A DNA stretch of 64,000 nt, taken from NCBI RefSeq assembly GCF_006345805.1, contig NC_043002.1:54002001-54066000 (forward strand), written 5' to 3'. Of the stretch, positions 49,601 to 63,319 are shown one piece after another. The notes beneath the pieces were generated by a model that saw only the letters and a list, made by a program, of their open reading frames with translations, was not told the DNA's origin and made no database searches. A program made the position numbers and the translations under genes. Each line of letters begins with the position of its first letter. Positions within the stretch are counted from its first letter, which is position 1. The DNA comes from Octopus sinensis. Lineage: Eukaryota.

Positions 49601-50858
49601 TTCTGCAAACTAGCCAACTGCAGCAAGCAGTATGTAGTAAGGTGTATTAAATGTGCTGTTGCAGCTGTCTCTTAAGTCTGGAATAACTAATATTGGCAAG
49701 TCAGATTATCAGAAGAATAGTAACGATGGACTAAAATTACAATAATTTAGGTCATTAGTAACCACCACACTTAAAAGCCTCAAAATCTCTGGAATGCATT
49801 TCGTATCTCTCCGGTCGTTAAAATAAGAAATTAGTCAACAAAAGGTAAGTACAGGTGTAGATGGTATTAAAATAGCGAAAGATTTACTGATGGGTCTCCC
49901 AACTTATTAGGTTGGAAAACTACAGTGTGTGCATGTATATATATATATGTATGTATACATATACACACACACACATATATAGACAAACGAATACATACAC
50001 ACGCATACATACATAATATATATATATATATATATATATATACACGAAAGGACGAGAAAAAAATTCATTTTTTGAAGCAATGAATACTGAAGCACATAAT
50101 GGTCACTCAAATATTGGAATGTAAAACCGTTTTCCTTTTTCAACCCAGTATTTACGCGCATTAATTGTTGTTTATGAGCTTCAAGATCAACTATTCCCTA
50201 AATGAATTCCATACACGTGCACACACGCACATATTTATATATATATATATATACCTCAACATGTTAAGGGATATAAGAGATATGAACTATAAGAAGCACT
50301 CAGAATATAAGCAATGCTCCATTTCTTTCATATTCATAAGGTCATGACAAATCCAGATCATTATGCTGACGCGTATTTGAGTTGCTTGGTTACACAGTGA
50401 GCCGCCATTACGTAGATATGATATAATGCAGAGAAGTTCATGTGTCTGCAAATATATGTGCAACTGTTTTGTTCGAGACAATACTATTACATTACAATAA
50501 TTACTTCATATAGAAGAAAATTCAAGGAAATGAAGTAGAAATAGGAAAGTTATTATATCGTTATTACATCATAATATATGAAAGTTAATCACTTCTTTAT
50601 AGACTGACAGGAAATTTCAGATAAATAACTTCAATTACTTACACAACACACGCATTCTCTAAACTATTAATATATATCTGTGAGTTTGTGTATGCCTGTG
50701 TGTGTGTCCTTAGGCGTGTTTGTGTATTTTTCTGAAAGCGTGTGTACGCATGTGTTACTTAATGCATAAATGCATATGCATATGTGCAAATGAACATATA
50801 TGCGATACTTTCATATACGAATCTTTCTCTATTTCACACACAGCCTCTCCTTGATGTG

Positions 50859-50917
<59 letters not shown>

Positions 50918-51270
50918 AACCAACAGACAGGCACACACACATACACAGACGCATGCACATGCACACACACGAGCGCGCAGAGACACACAACGTGCGCGTG
51001 AGTGAGAGATGGGGACAGTCATCTGAGAGATAAAAAGAGAGAGACAAACGAAGTACTTACACATATACACGGATGCACACACACGGACTCACAGGCACAG
51101 ACACATGTGACAGAGAGTGAGACAGGCACAGGTAAACCGCCATAAGTATTGTTGTATACAGATAAAAATCTTCTGAATAAATTACAAACGTATCTATGCA
51201 TGTAATATGTATGTTTGTGTGTATACATACATACATACACACACACACATATACATATACATATATATAT

Positions 51271-51302
<32 letters not shown>

Positions 51303-52789
51303 ATATATATATATATATATACATATATACACACACATACATATAATATATACACACTTCCATACATAAATGCATGTATATGCGCATACATTTTTCCATA
51401 CATAATTGTACTCTATAATCGGTGCTATTCTGTTCCTCTAACATTCTCCGGCTTCACTAATACAGTATCACTTCTATGACAAGATCAACATTACCTGTTT
51501 CCATGACAGCATTTGGCAAATATTCATAGCAGAAGCCGATGTGTTAATTTGAACATTTCCTAGAACTTGACCGCATTATATTCGGTTTATTTCCCCTGTT
51601 ATGGATAAAGATATGCTTAGAAAAGGAAATTCATACACAACTACATACAATCGCGCAATGATATATACTCAGACGCTGTTTACGCTCTCCTCTACTTACT
51701 GGGAGATTAATATGATGGGTTCGCCTACCATCACAAAACGTAGGCATCATTTAAAATTTGAATTTTCAGATTGATTCCTATTGTTTACTAATTCCAAACT
51801 CATTAGTTTGCTAAACTTCAAATTCATGAGTTTCTTTTATTTCCATCTGTGATCACGGCCTGGGTAAAGATATATTTTTGTGGAAGACTACAAGTTTCCT
51901 ACATATGTCATTCCCCTCGAGGGGGCACCGTCGTTATGCAAAGGAAGTCTAATTGTTTAGGGCCAATAAACTTATCACTATTGTTTTTGTTTTTTATAAT
52001 TTATGTAAACATTCATTTCATATATTATATTTATTTTGTTTTTAGAGAATTTTACTCAAATTATGCAAATTAACATCGGACGCGTGCATCTTCTGGTTCA
52101 TTTTTAATGCAGTCGCTTCCAGGAAAGAAGTATTTATTTAGCTTTTGTAAGTCTACCGAAACTAATGAAACAGATGTTATTCTTGAACAGCTGCATAAGA
52201 CCGGTAATTGCAGAAAGTCAGCGTGAAGGTAAGAAAGAACTGCATATAAGGTTGCTGCTGGACTTTAGAGGACTAACCGGAAATATTGCTAACGAGAGAT
52301 GTGCTGGGATTGCTCGAATGGGTATGGTACGAAAATTAACCAACTCCAAGAAGCAAAAGCCACGGTGGTGGCTGTAGGAGACACAGAGAAGAGGCAGTCA
52401 TATTTTGAATTGTGATTGTGTAAGAGTTCATGCCAATCAGTCACAAGGGGAGATCTTTTATGGTTGTTGGTCTGGAGATATCTCTGCTTGTAGAAGCACC
52501 GTTGATGATGCGGAGTAGTATTTTAATACAAACACACACACTCGAACATACACTCACAGTAGCACACTCAAATACACACGCTTACACACTTACTCACATA
52601 TGCATATTTGTATGTATATGTGAGTGTGCATATTTTACCCAAGTTGGGGCATTAGCTCCAAACTACGATTTATGCGGGCCAGAACACAGTGGATTAAATT
52701 GACTAGTACCTAATTTTATTTACCCTGGTAGGATGAAAGTCAAAGCTAAATAAATGAGGTATCGCGTGTATTTTTACAGTTGCTGAAGG

Positions 52790-54070
52790 CCATACTTCTT
52801 ATTGACACTAATAGTGTGTCTTCTATATCTCTGAAATACTTCTTGGTATATAGTTTAAGTAAGCTAGATAATATCATACAGTCTTCACAAACCCCTTAAT
52901 TTTGATATCTAAAGTTACACTCCGTTCGTTTCATACATTACAATTTGCTCCTAAAATAATTTTGGTGGTTTTTAGCACATATCCCGTGATCTTTACTCTG
53001 TCAAAATGCTACAGTTTATAAAGCACATATATTATGAACATTATCATTTATCTCTGGAACTCTTTTACACACGGTTTCCAGGTTAAGTATTTTTTCGCGT
53101 GTTTCCACTCCCGGTATAAAATCACTTTGTAGCTCACATGTATTCATTCATTGTTGCAATAACTGTTGTAAAATTTATAATAATAGTTTAATCTCCTCAT
53201 TCATTTGGCATATGGATCTAAAGCTCCTAAAGTTTGATAATACAGCAAAGATATATCGCATCATCTTCGCTGATAATAAGTCCACTCTGATTGCAAAAGT
53301 CTTTTATTAGATCTAGTTTGTGGTTATCTAAAGTATTTATCGATTCTGCTGTCATTTTCTTTGCACCAGTTGCCTTTCTATCGTTCATTGATTTTTATTT
53401 CTTTTTCTACTTCTTGGAAGATCTTCTTTCTGACGGTAGCTTCAAATTTAAGCGCAGCGGCCTATTTTCATCGGCGTACAATTTGTTTTTGTATTTAACC
53501 CATATAGATGCTACCGTCTCAAGAACAGATAGTATGCTTCCTTTTCCGCTCTTTATCTTACCACTTTGTTTACTCATGCATTTACTACCTGTGATTCTTT
53601 ATTGTTTTATTATACATATTTATACTAGTTTTATTTTTCTTTCAAACTTTGGCATTGATCGTTCAGCCATTTAGACTTTGCTTTTCTCCATTCAGAACAT
53701 ATATCTTTATTTAGGGTATTTTATATTTCGTGACCATTATTCTTGTCTTTCTTTCACTCATCTATTTCTGACAGAATGTTATTACTCATTCATATTTCTT
53801 AATTTCCTTTTCTCCTTCAGGCAGTGTTTTCTGTGGTAATGTTTGCATGCCAGTTCTGTTCCATTTATATTCTATTTATATATATTTTTTATTTTCATAT
53901 GTATTTCTTCATTATCTAAATATTCATATTTGTTTTGTCTTTCCACATTATGTATCACTTTGTATTCTTACAGTTTTAGCATGTATAGATTTAATTGTTC
54001 TCTTTCAACCATTTTCTCATACTGTTCACTATATCATCCGGTGATGAAGGTCATGTGTCAATATATAAAT
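52790..54070 (-). mobile_element. RTE-clade LINE fragment; left arm of a 2.8-kb palindrome
   Basis: The reverse complement aligns along its length with 54293-55593 (end of endonuclease to mid-RT). Confidence 0.8.
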
Positions 54071-54292
54071 ATTATATTAAGATTGCTAAACATGGATCCA
54101 GCAAAACTAAGGATGAAAATCCTAGTTGAGTGAAGGCAGGACTTTGACGGATTGTGACTAAATATCACATACACACACATTCACCTACACATGCGTACGT
54201 GTGTGTTATGTCAAGAATGATATTTATATTCTACATGAATATTTTCACTGGACCCTTGTTGTTTTTTTTCTTTTTAGGGATGTTTATATAAA

Positions 54293-57000
54293 ATTTATGT
54301 ATTGACATATCACCTTCATCACTGGGTGATATATTGAACAGTATAAGAAAACAACTGAAAGACTAGAACAATTAAGCCTAAGCTTGCTAAAACAGAATAC
54401 AAAGAGAAATATAACGTAAAAATATATAAAAAAATATGGATATTTACATAATGAAGAAGAAATAGTAGAACCATATCAGAATAAAAAATATATATAATAA
54501 ATATTAAATGGAACAAAACTCGCAAAGATCACTACAGCAAACAGTGCCATAAAGAGAGAAGGAAATTACGAGAAAGGAATGAATAATAACATTTGGTTAA
54601 AGATAAATGATACAAAGAAGTACATGAATAATGGTCACAGCATATATAATACTCTAAATAAAGATATATGTTCTGAATGGGGAAAGCAAAATCCAAATGG
54701 TTGAACAATCAATACCAAGAATTGGAAAATGTAATAGCTAGCATAAATCAAAAGATACGTGTAATAAAACAAAGAAGAATCAGAAATAGAAAATGCATGA
54801 GCAAACAAAATAGTAAGAGAAAGGGCCAAAGTGGAAGCAAACAATTTGATCATGGACAGATAGCATCTCTTTGGGTTAAACAAATAAATGCATTGAACGC
54901 CAATGGAAACAGGCTGACTGTGCCTATTTATGAAGCTGCTGGTATTAAAAAAATCTTCCAAGAAATAGAAAAAACATTAAAATTAAATACACGAGGGCAG
55001 CGTATGCAAAATGAAAACAAAATTATTAAATACTTTATATAACCACAAACTAGATCTAATGAAAATCTTCTGCAATTACAATTGGAATAGATACATATCA
55101 GTCAAGATGATGCGATCTATCTTTGCTGTATTATCCAACTAACTAACTTTTGATCCACATGACTAATGAATGATGAGATTAAACTATTATTACAAATTTT
55201 ACAATTATTGCAAGAATAAATGAATACATAAGTCAACTACAAAGTGATTTTATACCAAGAATCGGAACTCGTGAGGAAATACTTAACCTGCAAACCGTAT
55301 GTGAAAAAGTTCTAGAGGTAAATCATATTGCTCATGTATGTGTTTTATAGACTGCAGGAAGGCATTTGACTGAGTAAAATATGGAATGAACACCAACTAT
55401 AAGTCTGATCTCGGAAATGAATGAATAACATTTTAGGAGCAAATTTCTGGGTATGGATTGGACGAATAATATCAGAATTTAAAATTAAGAAAGTTCATGA
55501 TAGTTATGATATCATCTTGCCTATACATTTTAGACAATATGATATAATTCAAAGATGTAGAAGACATACCAGAAGTGTCAATAAGAGGTATGGACATCAA
55601 TAATTTTAGATATGCAGATGATAATGCTTTGTTAACTTTCAAAAGAGAAGACTTACAAAATCTTGAAACTATAGTAAATGACAAAGTTATGTTCTATAAA
55701 AAGAAAATGAATAGGAATATAATAAAGTCAATGTTAATCAGCAACAGACAACAGTCACTTTGCTTTGGGGATGGGTCAACTAGTATTCTAAGGATGTTGT
55801 TGTATTCTGTCTCCAAACGCAGAAGTCGATATCTTAACCGGCGGTAAAGCACTTCCGTAGGTGTTTCAACACCTTCCATCGCTTCACTAGTCTTGTCAGG
55901 GACAATCTATCGAGGCAAACACCCGCACAAACAACAGCTATTTTTCTTAAGCCAGATGTTGAAACTCTGGGCCAGATGTTGAAACTCTGGGCCAGATGTT
56001 TCTACATTTCTCAATGTGCTTGTTGCACCACCCGTCCTTTGTCTTGAACCAGATGTAATGGCTTGCTTCCTCGGTGGCTTCCAATAATTTTTAGCAACAT
56101 TTTCTCATTTCGCAGCTACTCGAAGACTCCTTAGCATCGAGTAAACCTTCATTCTGACAAATCCTCTAATATCTCTACAGGGACGAATAATACTTCCCAT
56201 CCAATGTTTACACCGAGTTCAACCAACTCACCGCATTTACTGTCTTTCCTGGGAGAAAAATGCCTTTAATGACAACGTCGGGTCTTTTAATAGCAAAACA
56301 TGGGAAATGATATTTAACATGAAGTCAACAGATAACTCACAAGACTCTTCCCATTTTAGATCATTCTGTGTTTGACTTATAAACAAAACTTTATCTCTCC
56401 ATTCTCCACTATTTGTGGACTTCCGCCGTTATTTCTGTTTATCCTCTCCGCCACTGCGTCAGCCAGTATCCATGTAATCTAAAACGTGAAATTTGAAGAA
56501 AAAAATCAAAGGATTGAAATAGCTAGAAAGATATTTGAAAAACTTTGAAAGACACTCACAACGAAAAACATTAATATGAAAAACAAAATAAGATAATTAA
56601 AATATTATGTATGGTCTCTTTGCTGTATAGTGACAAAATATGAATGCTATGGAAAGTACAAGGAAATATAGTACAAGCTTTTAAGTTGAGTGTATATGGA
56701 AGACGCTTGAGAATATCATGGACAGACTACAGAACCAGTCATGAAAAGCAAAAAAGATGAAAACTAAGAAACTTTTATTAGATACCATCAAAGAGAGAAC
56801 ACTAAAATATTCTTGACACTTAATTGGAAAGAAATTGCTTACAGAGACTGATAATAGGAGACAAATTGAATGGGAAAAGAGAAAGAGAGAAGCCAAGAAT
56901 TATGTGGATAGTTAATATCAAGCAATGGACGGACTTAAGATACTACGAATGCAAAAGAACGGTGCGAGGAAAGCCGACATGACGATCAAGGGAAAACAAG
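54293..57000 (+). mobile_element. Decayed RTE-clade LINE, 5'-truncated and interrupted by a Hero-like insert; ends in a (GAC/GAT)n tail
   Basis: Frames give QSDFIPRIGTREEILNLQTVCEK, IDCRKAFD, DINNFRYADDNALL and TIKERTLKYS. The (GAC)n(GAT)n array from about 57020 fits an RTE tandem-repeat tail. Confidence 0.75.
55810..56290 (-). mobile_element. Hero-like LINE 3' fragment nested in the RTE
   Basis: Minus frames give KRPDVVI, ELVELGVNIGWEVLFVPVEI, RGFV and EATEEASHYIWFKTKDGW. The putative 3' UTR contains a 20-bp tandem duplication (GCCAGATGTTGAAACTCTGG, about 2.5 copies). Confidence 0.6.
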
Positions 57001-57041
57001 CGATATTTATCGACGACGCTGACGACGACGACGACGACGAC

Positions 57042-57086
<45 letters not shown>

Positions 57087-57344
57087 GACGATGATGATGA
57101 TGGTGGTGGCTGTAATGATGGATTTGGTTGTTGCTGTTGTTGTTTTGTGGTGGTGGTAGTGGTGGTAGTAGTGGTGGTTGTGGTGGTGGTGGTGGAGGTG
57201 ATGATGGTGGTGGTGGTTGTGGTGGTTGTGGTTGTGGTGGTGGTGGTGGTGGTGGTGGTGGTGGTGGTGGTGGTGGTGTTAGTTATGGTAGGGGAGATTG
57301 TAGGTGGTGTTGATGAGGTCGCTAATGTTTTTCTACAGGCGCAG

Positions 57345-57755
57345 GCGTGACTGTGTGGTGAGAAGATTGTTTCCTAGCCATATGGTTCCGGGTTCAGTCC
57401 TACTGCGTGGCCTCTTGGGCAAGCGTCTCCTATGATACCCTAGAGCCGATCAAAGCTTTGTGAGTGGATTTGGTAGATGGAAACTGAAACAAACTCATCG
57501 TCTATATATGTATATATCTATGTGTGTGTGCCATTGTGTCTGTATTTGCACACACCCCACCACATCACCACTTGATAACTGGCGTTGGAGTGCTTACGTC
57601 CCTGTAACTTAGCGGTTCGGCAAAATAAACCGATAGAATAAATACTAGGCATAAAAAATATGTCGTGGAGTCGCTTAGTTTGACAATTAAAGGCGGTACA
57701 CCAGCATGGCCGCGGTGAAATTATTGAAGCAAGTACAAGAGTAAAAGAATTAAAG
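57345..57755 (+). mobile_element. CORE-like tRNA SINE, full copy
   Basis: GGCGTGACTGTGTGGTGAG...GGTTCCGGGTTCAGTCC...CTTGGGCAAG...CCAGCATGGCCGCGG...GAGTAAAAGAATTAAAG. Confidence 0.85.
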
Positions 57756-58496
57756 AATATATTTAATCAAACTTGATTTGTGCTTCCTCTCCAATTCGAC
57801 CCACACAATGTTCATAGCTTCCCATTATCGCTCAACAAAAGTCAACCTGTCCTTTTCTTTTAATCTCATTCTAATGCAACCATAAATTTATTCATTCATA
57901 GAGTTACAATAACCACAAGGTTTTTGTTTTTCTCCTCTCAATGTAAGGGGAATTTCAATAAAATAACTATTTATCGTGCGCTGCATTCAATACTCCACTG
58001 TTATTCGAATTATCTAAATCTTCATGAGGCTTTCGTAAATGTCTACGTTTTAAGTTAATTTATTGCTACTGCTTTGAGTCAAGTCCACATACTTCAATTT
58101 ATTTTTGCTTATGCAAGTTATTCTTGGTCAACTATATACTGAACGTTTTGTATACGACAAATACATTAAAATTCATTAGAGTTGAGATAGGACACTATAA
58201 TAGAGGTGTCATCGAATATACATCGAAACACATTACCCATAGTTATACCTTAGCTTCAAACCAAGATTAGACTGCAAGTTAAGTAAACCTTTAGGTTTTT
58301 CGTAATAATCTTGAAATGATGTTGTATTCTCATAGAGATTTGCTAATAATTGCAGGTAGATTTTTTTCTTATTTTCATGTCTGCAAAGAGATATTTTGTA
58401 AAATAAGATATATATATATATATGTATGTATGTAGGAATGTTTGTATATGTGTGTATGTGCGTGTCTAGCTATATATTTATTATATTTAATATGTT

Positions 58497-58840
58497 TACT
58501 AGCACTATGCTAGTGCATGCATATACAGCAGCGTACGTGCGCACATATACGCGAGTACTGTCCAAATTTCCGACCAATCAAATACAGCTAGCTGGGATTC
58601 AATTGGCGTATCAAGTTTCGGAAATTTTGATTGGGTTTTGGATAGAAAATTCACAAAAAAGTCACTTCTATTGATTTTTTAATGGCTTTGTGGGGTAACA
58701 GGAGAAATGTAAAGATGTGCACGACCACCCTTGGACGGTTTTAAATGACCATAGAAAGTGCGAGCCCTCTAACTAAACAATTGTGGATTTGTATAAAGGA
58801 CACACACACAGACATTTTGCCGTTCATATAGAGAGAGATA
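58497..58840. mobile_element. Possible non-autonomous Helentron/DINE-1-like element
   Basis: Begins TACTAGCACTATGCTAGT and ends ACACACAGACATTTTGCCGTTCATATAGAGAGAGAT, resembling HINE termini. Terminal resemblance only. Confidence 0.3.
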
Positions 58841-59309
58841 TTGACAAGCCACATGCGAAGACAACAGAAGCAGACATTAACATTGTGGGAAATAGGGGAT
58901 TACATATATTAACTGATACTTGATATATTGATATGGAGACCTAAATACTAAGTTTCTGTGTCCATGATCGCTGCACGTACTCAGCTTTGAAATTCCGGTG
59001 CGCCATCGATTACATAAAATAAAAATACAGTCGCCACTGGTGGAATGAAAACATCTCCACTGGATATTAGATCGCACGAGGGAACTCTTAAGCTTCATTG
59101 TAAGATCTTGGCAAGAGTCCTACTTCAGTGTTTTATATTTTTCTTTATTTTTATCTATTATTTTTACTCGTTTTACAATTTTTTACTCCTCAACTTTAGT
59201 TTATTTAGAAATTTTTACTATTTATTTTTAATTTAATAATATATTTTCACCTTTCAATCTATATTATATATACACTCACACAAATAAACACGCCAACACA
59301 CACACACAC

Positions 59310-59375
<66 letters not shown>

Positions 59376-60094
59376 ACACCTGCGTCTGTATATATGGACA
59401 AACTGACATTTTTTTTTATTAGAAGTATCGAGCGTGACTTCTACGAAACAGACAAAAAGGTGATATTTTCGAATGCAGCATTGCTGATAAGACAGCAGAA
59501 ATAATGGTAAATATTTCCCTTACAAGGCGGAAAAGTTGTCAACAACATTATGTTCTCTAATTGGCAACATTAACTGCAGTAAATTATCTGCTGCAGAACT
59601 GTTTCCGGAATTTAGCGTGCCAGAACTTAGACATTTGAAAATAACCCCCATATAATCGGTAGAACTAAGCACATGTCTAGTTTTTATATGGACAAATAGT
59701 GTTTAGCTTTGAAAATTATATTGAAATTGGAACGATCGTACTGACGAGTTCTGCGGACGAAGGATTATGTAAGTAATTTATTCGGTAACAGAAGAATTCG
59801 ATATACGATTAATTCTTGATTTTTATTTAATTTTCATCTGTCTTGCCCGCTTATGTTCTGGTGTTCGCTGAATTTTCTCTGGAGAACATTTTTTCTTTGT
59901 AGTTAAATCGTATGTGATCTTCTTCTAGCGTATGGTTATGCACCTATTGTTTTTCCAAAATATACACATGTTTTGAAATTTTTTCTGATTTTTCAGATTT
60001 TTTATACGCTAGGCTACTGGCTTTAAATTGATATTAATTAAATTAATACTCAATTTACCTCCCTCATTATTTAAATTATATATATATATTATAT

Positions 60095-60130
<36 letters not shown>

Positions 60131-60192
60131 CATACATATATATATAATATATATATATATAATATATATATATATATACATATATATATACA

Positions 60193-60281
<89 letters not shown>

Positions 60282-60382
60282 AATAGGAAAACAAAACCAA
60301 GGCAGGAGAGGCTTATCAGATCATTTTGAATATTTTAAAATTAAATCCTTCCTATTCATTTACACACACATACACACACACA

Positions 60383-60477
<95 letters not shown>

Positions 60478-61037
60478 TCACAGACGCGCACAACACAAGA
60501 GGAATGTTTCATATATATAGACTATACGATGATAATGACGTTTATAAGACCCACACCCTTATAAATCTTTCAGAAAATGCTAAGCTGTCACGAGCCCCTG
60601 TGCATTGTGATACTCAACATGCTGGACGACATTAGATTAACCTCAAGTCAGATTTTATAGTCTTGAAAATGAGTACATTGGATAATGTAAGTCTTGGTGA
60701 ACAACACTTGAAGGACGACCGAATAGGTAGTCACGTGAAGAAATCCTTACATTATAAATCTACTTTATGAGGATAGAGCTAGGTCTGACGCCAACAATAT
60801 CAGCAACAATTAGAACAACAACAAAAGCAAAGTATAAAGAAACTGGGTTGCGTGTAGCAACTAGTGTCTGTTTGATCACTCACGGATTAATCAGCAATTG
60901 CTTTATTACTTAGAAGATTTAATTACACCCAAAATAGTTTTTAACGAATGATCTGCAGCCGTTTTTGCTGTTGCCGTCGTCGGTATTTTCATGGTAGTCG
61001 TGGTCGTGGTAGTGGTAGTTGTTGTTGCTGATATATA

Positions 61038-61377
61038 TTTCTTTACTACCCACAAGGGGCTATACACAGAACGGACAAACAAGGATAGACAAACGGATTA
61101 AGTCGATTACATCGACCCCAGTGCGTAACTGGTACTTAATTTATCGACCCCGAAAGGATGAAAGGCAAAGTCGACCTCGGCGGAATTTGAACTCAGAACG
61201 TAAAAACACACGAAATACCTATCTCTTTACTACCCACAATGGGGCTAAACACAGAGGGGACAAACAAGGACAGACCCCAGTGCGTAACTTGTACTTAATT
61301 TATCGAACGTAACGGCAGACGAAATACGGCTAGGCATTTCGCCCGGCGTGCTAACGTTACTGCCAGCTCACCGCCTT
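61038..61377 (-). mobile_element. tRNA SINE (GCCTTTCATCCTTTCGGGGTCGAT family) with an internal tandem duplication
   Basis: TCTTTACTACCCACAAGGGGCT...CCCCAGTGCGTAACT occurs twice (about 61040 and 61224). The head GGCGGTGAGCTGGCAG is at 61377. Confidence 0.85.
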
Positions 61378-61838
61378 TGTTGCTGATATTGTTGATCAAG
61401 CACATATATGATGATAATGTTTCAACCATAAAAGTCTTGTTATTTTCTTATCTGTGTAGAAACCCGTCATCGTCGCAGCGGTTGTTGTTGTTATTGTTGC
61501 TTCACCTTAGCTTCATGATTACTTTGTTCTTATTCAAACCAATGACACGAGAAGTCCAGTCCTGTCTATAGGGTCTTTCTTTCCATCCGTAGTTTATCTA
61601 GTTCAATATCATCCATTGTAAATATCATTTCCTAAGGAGCAAAGGTCGGAAATGAGGGAGACTTAGATTCTGTTATCTACCAACTCTAATCATTGTATAA
61701 AGGTTTGCTCTGATACCCAACTCGTAACCTGACTGTTTTTGTCAGCTGTTCAACACAAGGCGGAATTTATGATCGGAAATTAACTAGCAAATTTCTACAA
61801 GGAGTTTCCTTTAGATTTTGTTTTGTTTTGCTTTTCGA

Positions 61839-62123
61839 AATCATTTTTATTCTGTCGCCTTTAAAATCTGAATACATATGTTGAATACTTGTATGTCAGC
61901 TGATAAGTTTTCAGCGTATCTGTATAGGTTACCTCTCTGATACATAACCTCCCCTGTGAATATTATATTCTTTTCATCTTATTCACACAGCGCGTTATTT
62001 AATGCTTTAATGATAAGCTGCATTATTGAAAGAAGCGATATACAGACATACATACTTTCATACATATTCACTCATACACACAAATACATGTGTATGTGCG
62101 TGAGCGCGTCTGTATACATTATA

Positions 62124-62207
<84 letters not shown>

Positions 62208-63230
62208 ATATGTACACATATACACACACAGAAAGCATTTAATTGCGTCATAAATCAAATGTATGCTTGTAATGAATATGTACATATCTTCTTCCATCGT
62301 TATTATTGTCACCACCGTCGTCATCATCATCCTCACCTTAGATAAAACACATAGAGTGAGACCTTGATAGAGGAAACTGAACGCATCGCTTACAGCGAGG
62401 AAAGCCTGCAGGGACCGGATTAACGAGCTAGTTAAGCGGGAGATGACAACGGAAATTATAAATAACAGACAGTAGGTGGTCTTGAAAAGGAAAATTACAG
62501 TAGAATCAGTAATTTATAATAAAGATGTAGCCACAGAAAGCTTGTGACAGAAGTAACTGTTCATAGCCAGTTCAGGAAAGGCCGTTAGAAAGGTCTTTGC
62601 AGTCGAAATTAGATAAATTCAATGGCATATGACAATTTGTTTGATATAAGGGCGAAAGCTATTGTAACCGGTCAAGATACATGCGTTAAGCTAAGAGGAC
62701 ACTAAAATCTTTGACATCAGCAAAGCATTAGTCAGTTCAAACACCCGAATATTCTGGTTAAGAATGCTTGGCAATAAGCTCCAACCTTTTGTCATTTCTT
62801 GAATCATGGAACCTATTAGATCGCACAGTTTCAGTGTATGTTGATGAAGTTCACCTTAAAACAACCTCTCTCACACGTTGGTGTTCTGTAAGGTTCGGTT
62901 TTGTTTCCCTCACTCTTAGTCATACACATTAAGAACCAACTTTGTCACCTCCAAGAATGCCCAACTCTACAAAATAATAACACATGTATTCCTCCCTAAC
63001 CATTTCAATATCATTTTATTCTGTCGCCTTTAAAACCTGAACACATATGTTGAATATTTGTATGTCAGCTGATAAGTTTTCAGTATATCTTTATAGATTA
63101 CCTCTCTGATACATATATCTCCCCTGTGAGTATAATAGTCTTTTCACCTTATTCACACAGCGTGTTATTTCTGTGACCTCGAACAACGCCCAACCCTATA
63201 AAATAATGACACATGTATACCTCCCTAACC
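61839..63230 (+). repeat. Direct repeats: about 160 bp (61839-62000 and 63008-63169) and about 41 bp (62961-63001 and 63190-63230)
   Basis: TTTTATTCTGTCGCCTTTAAAA...TTATTCACACAGCG occurs twice at high identity. CCAAC(T/C)CTA(C/T)AAAATAAT(A/G)ACACATGTAT..CTCCCTAACC also occurs twice. Confidence 0.9.
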
Positions 63231-63319
63231 TCCTAATATTCAGTCTCCCAGCGTCTTCCATACACATCTGACAAGTTCCTTGAGCAAATACCTCGAAAGC
63301 ATCCGCCAATGGATTTTGT

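Noticed and set aside
52117-52230. Two adjacent small exon-like segments (ending at TTT|gtaagt and AAG|gtaaga)
   Set aside because: The gap between them is too short for an intron, the frames are ambiguous, and there is no homology.
59731-59770. ACGATCGTA-CTGACGA-GTTC-TGC-GGAC-GAAG as a hammerhead
   Set aside because: It has GAAG instead of GAAA and no stem I between GUA and CUGACGA. It also abuts a GTAAGT donor and may instead be part of a small exon (59707-59768).
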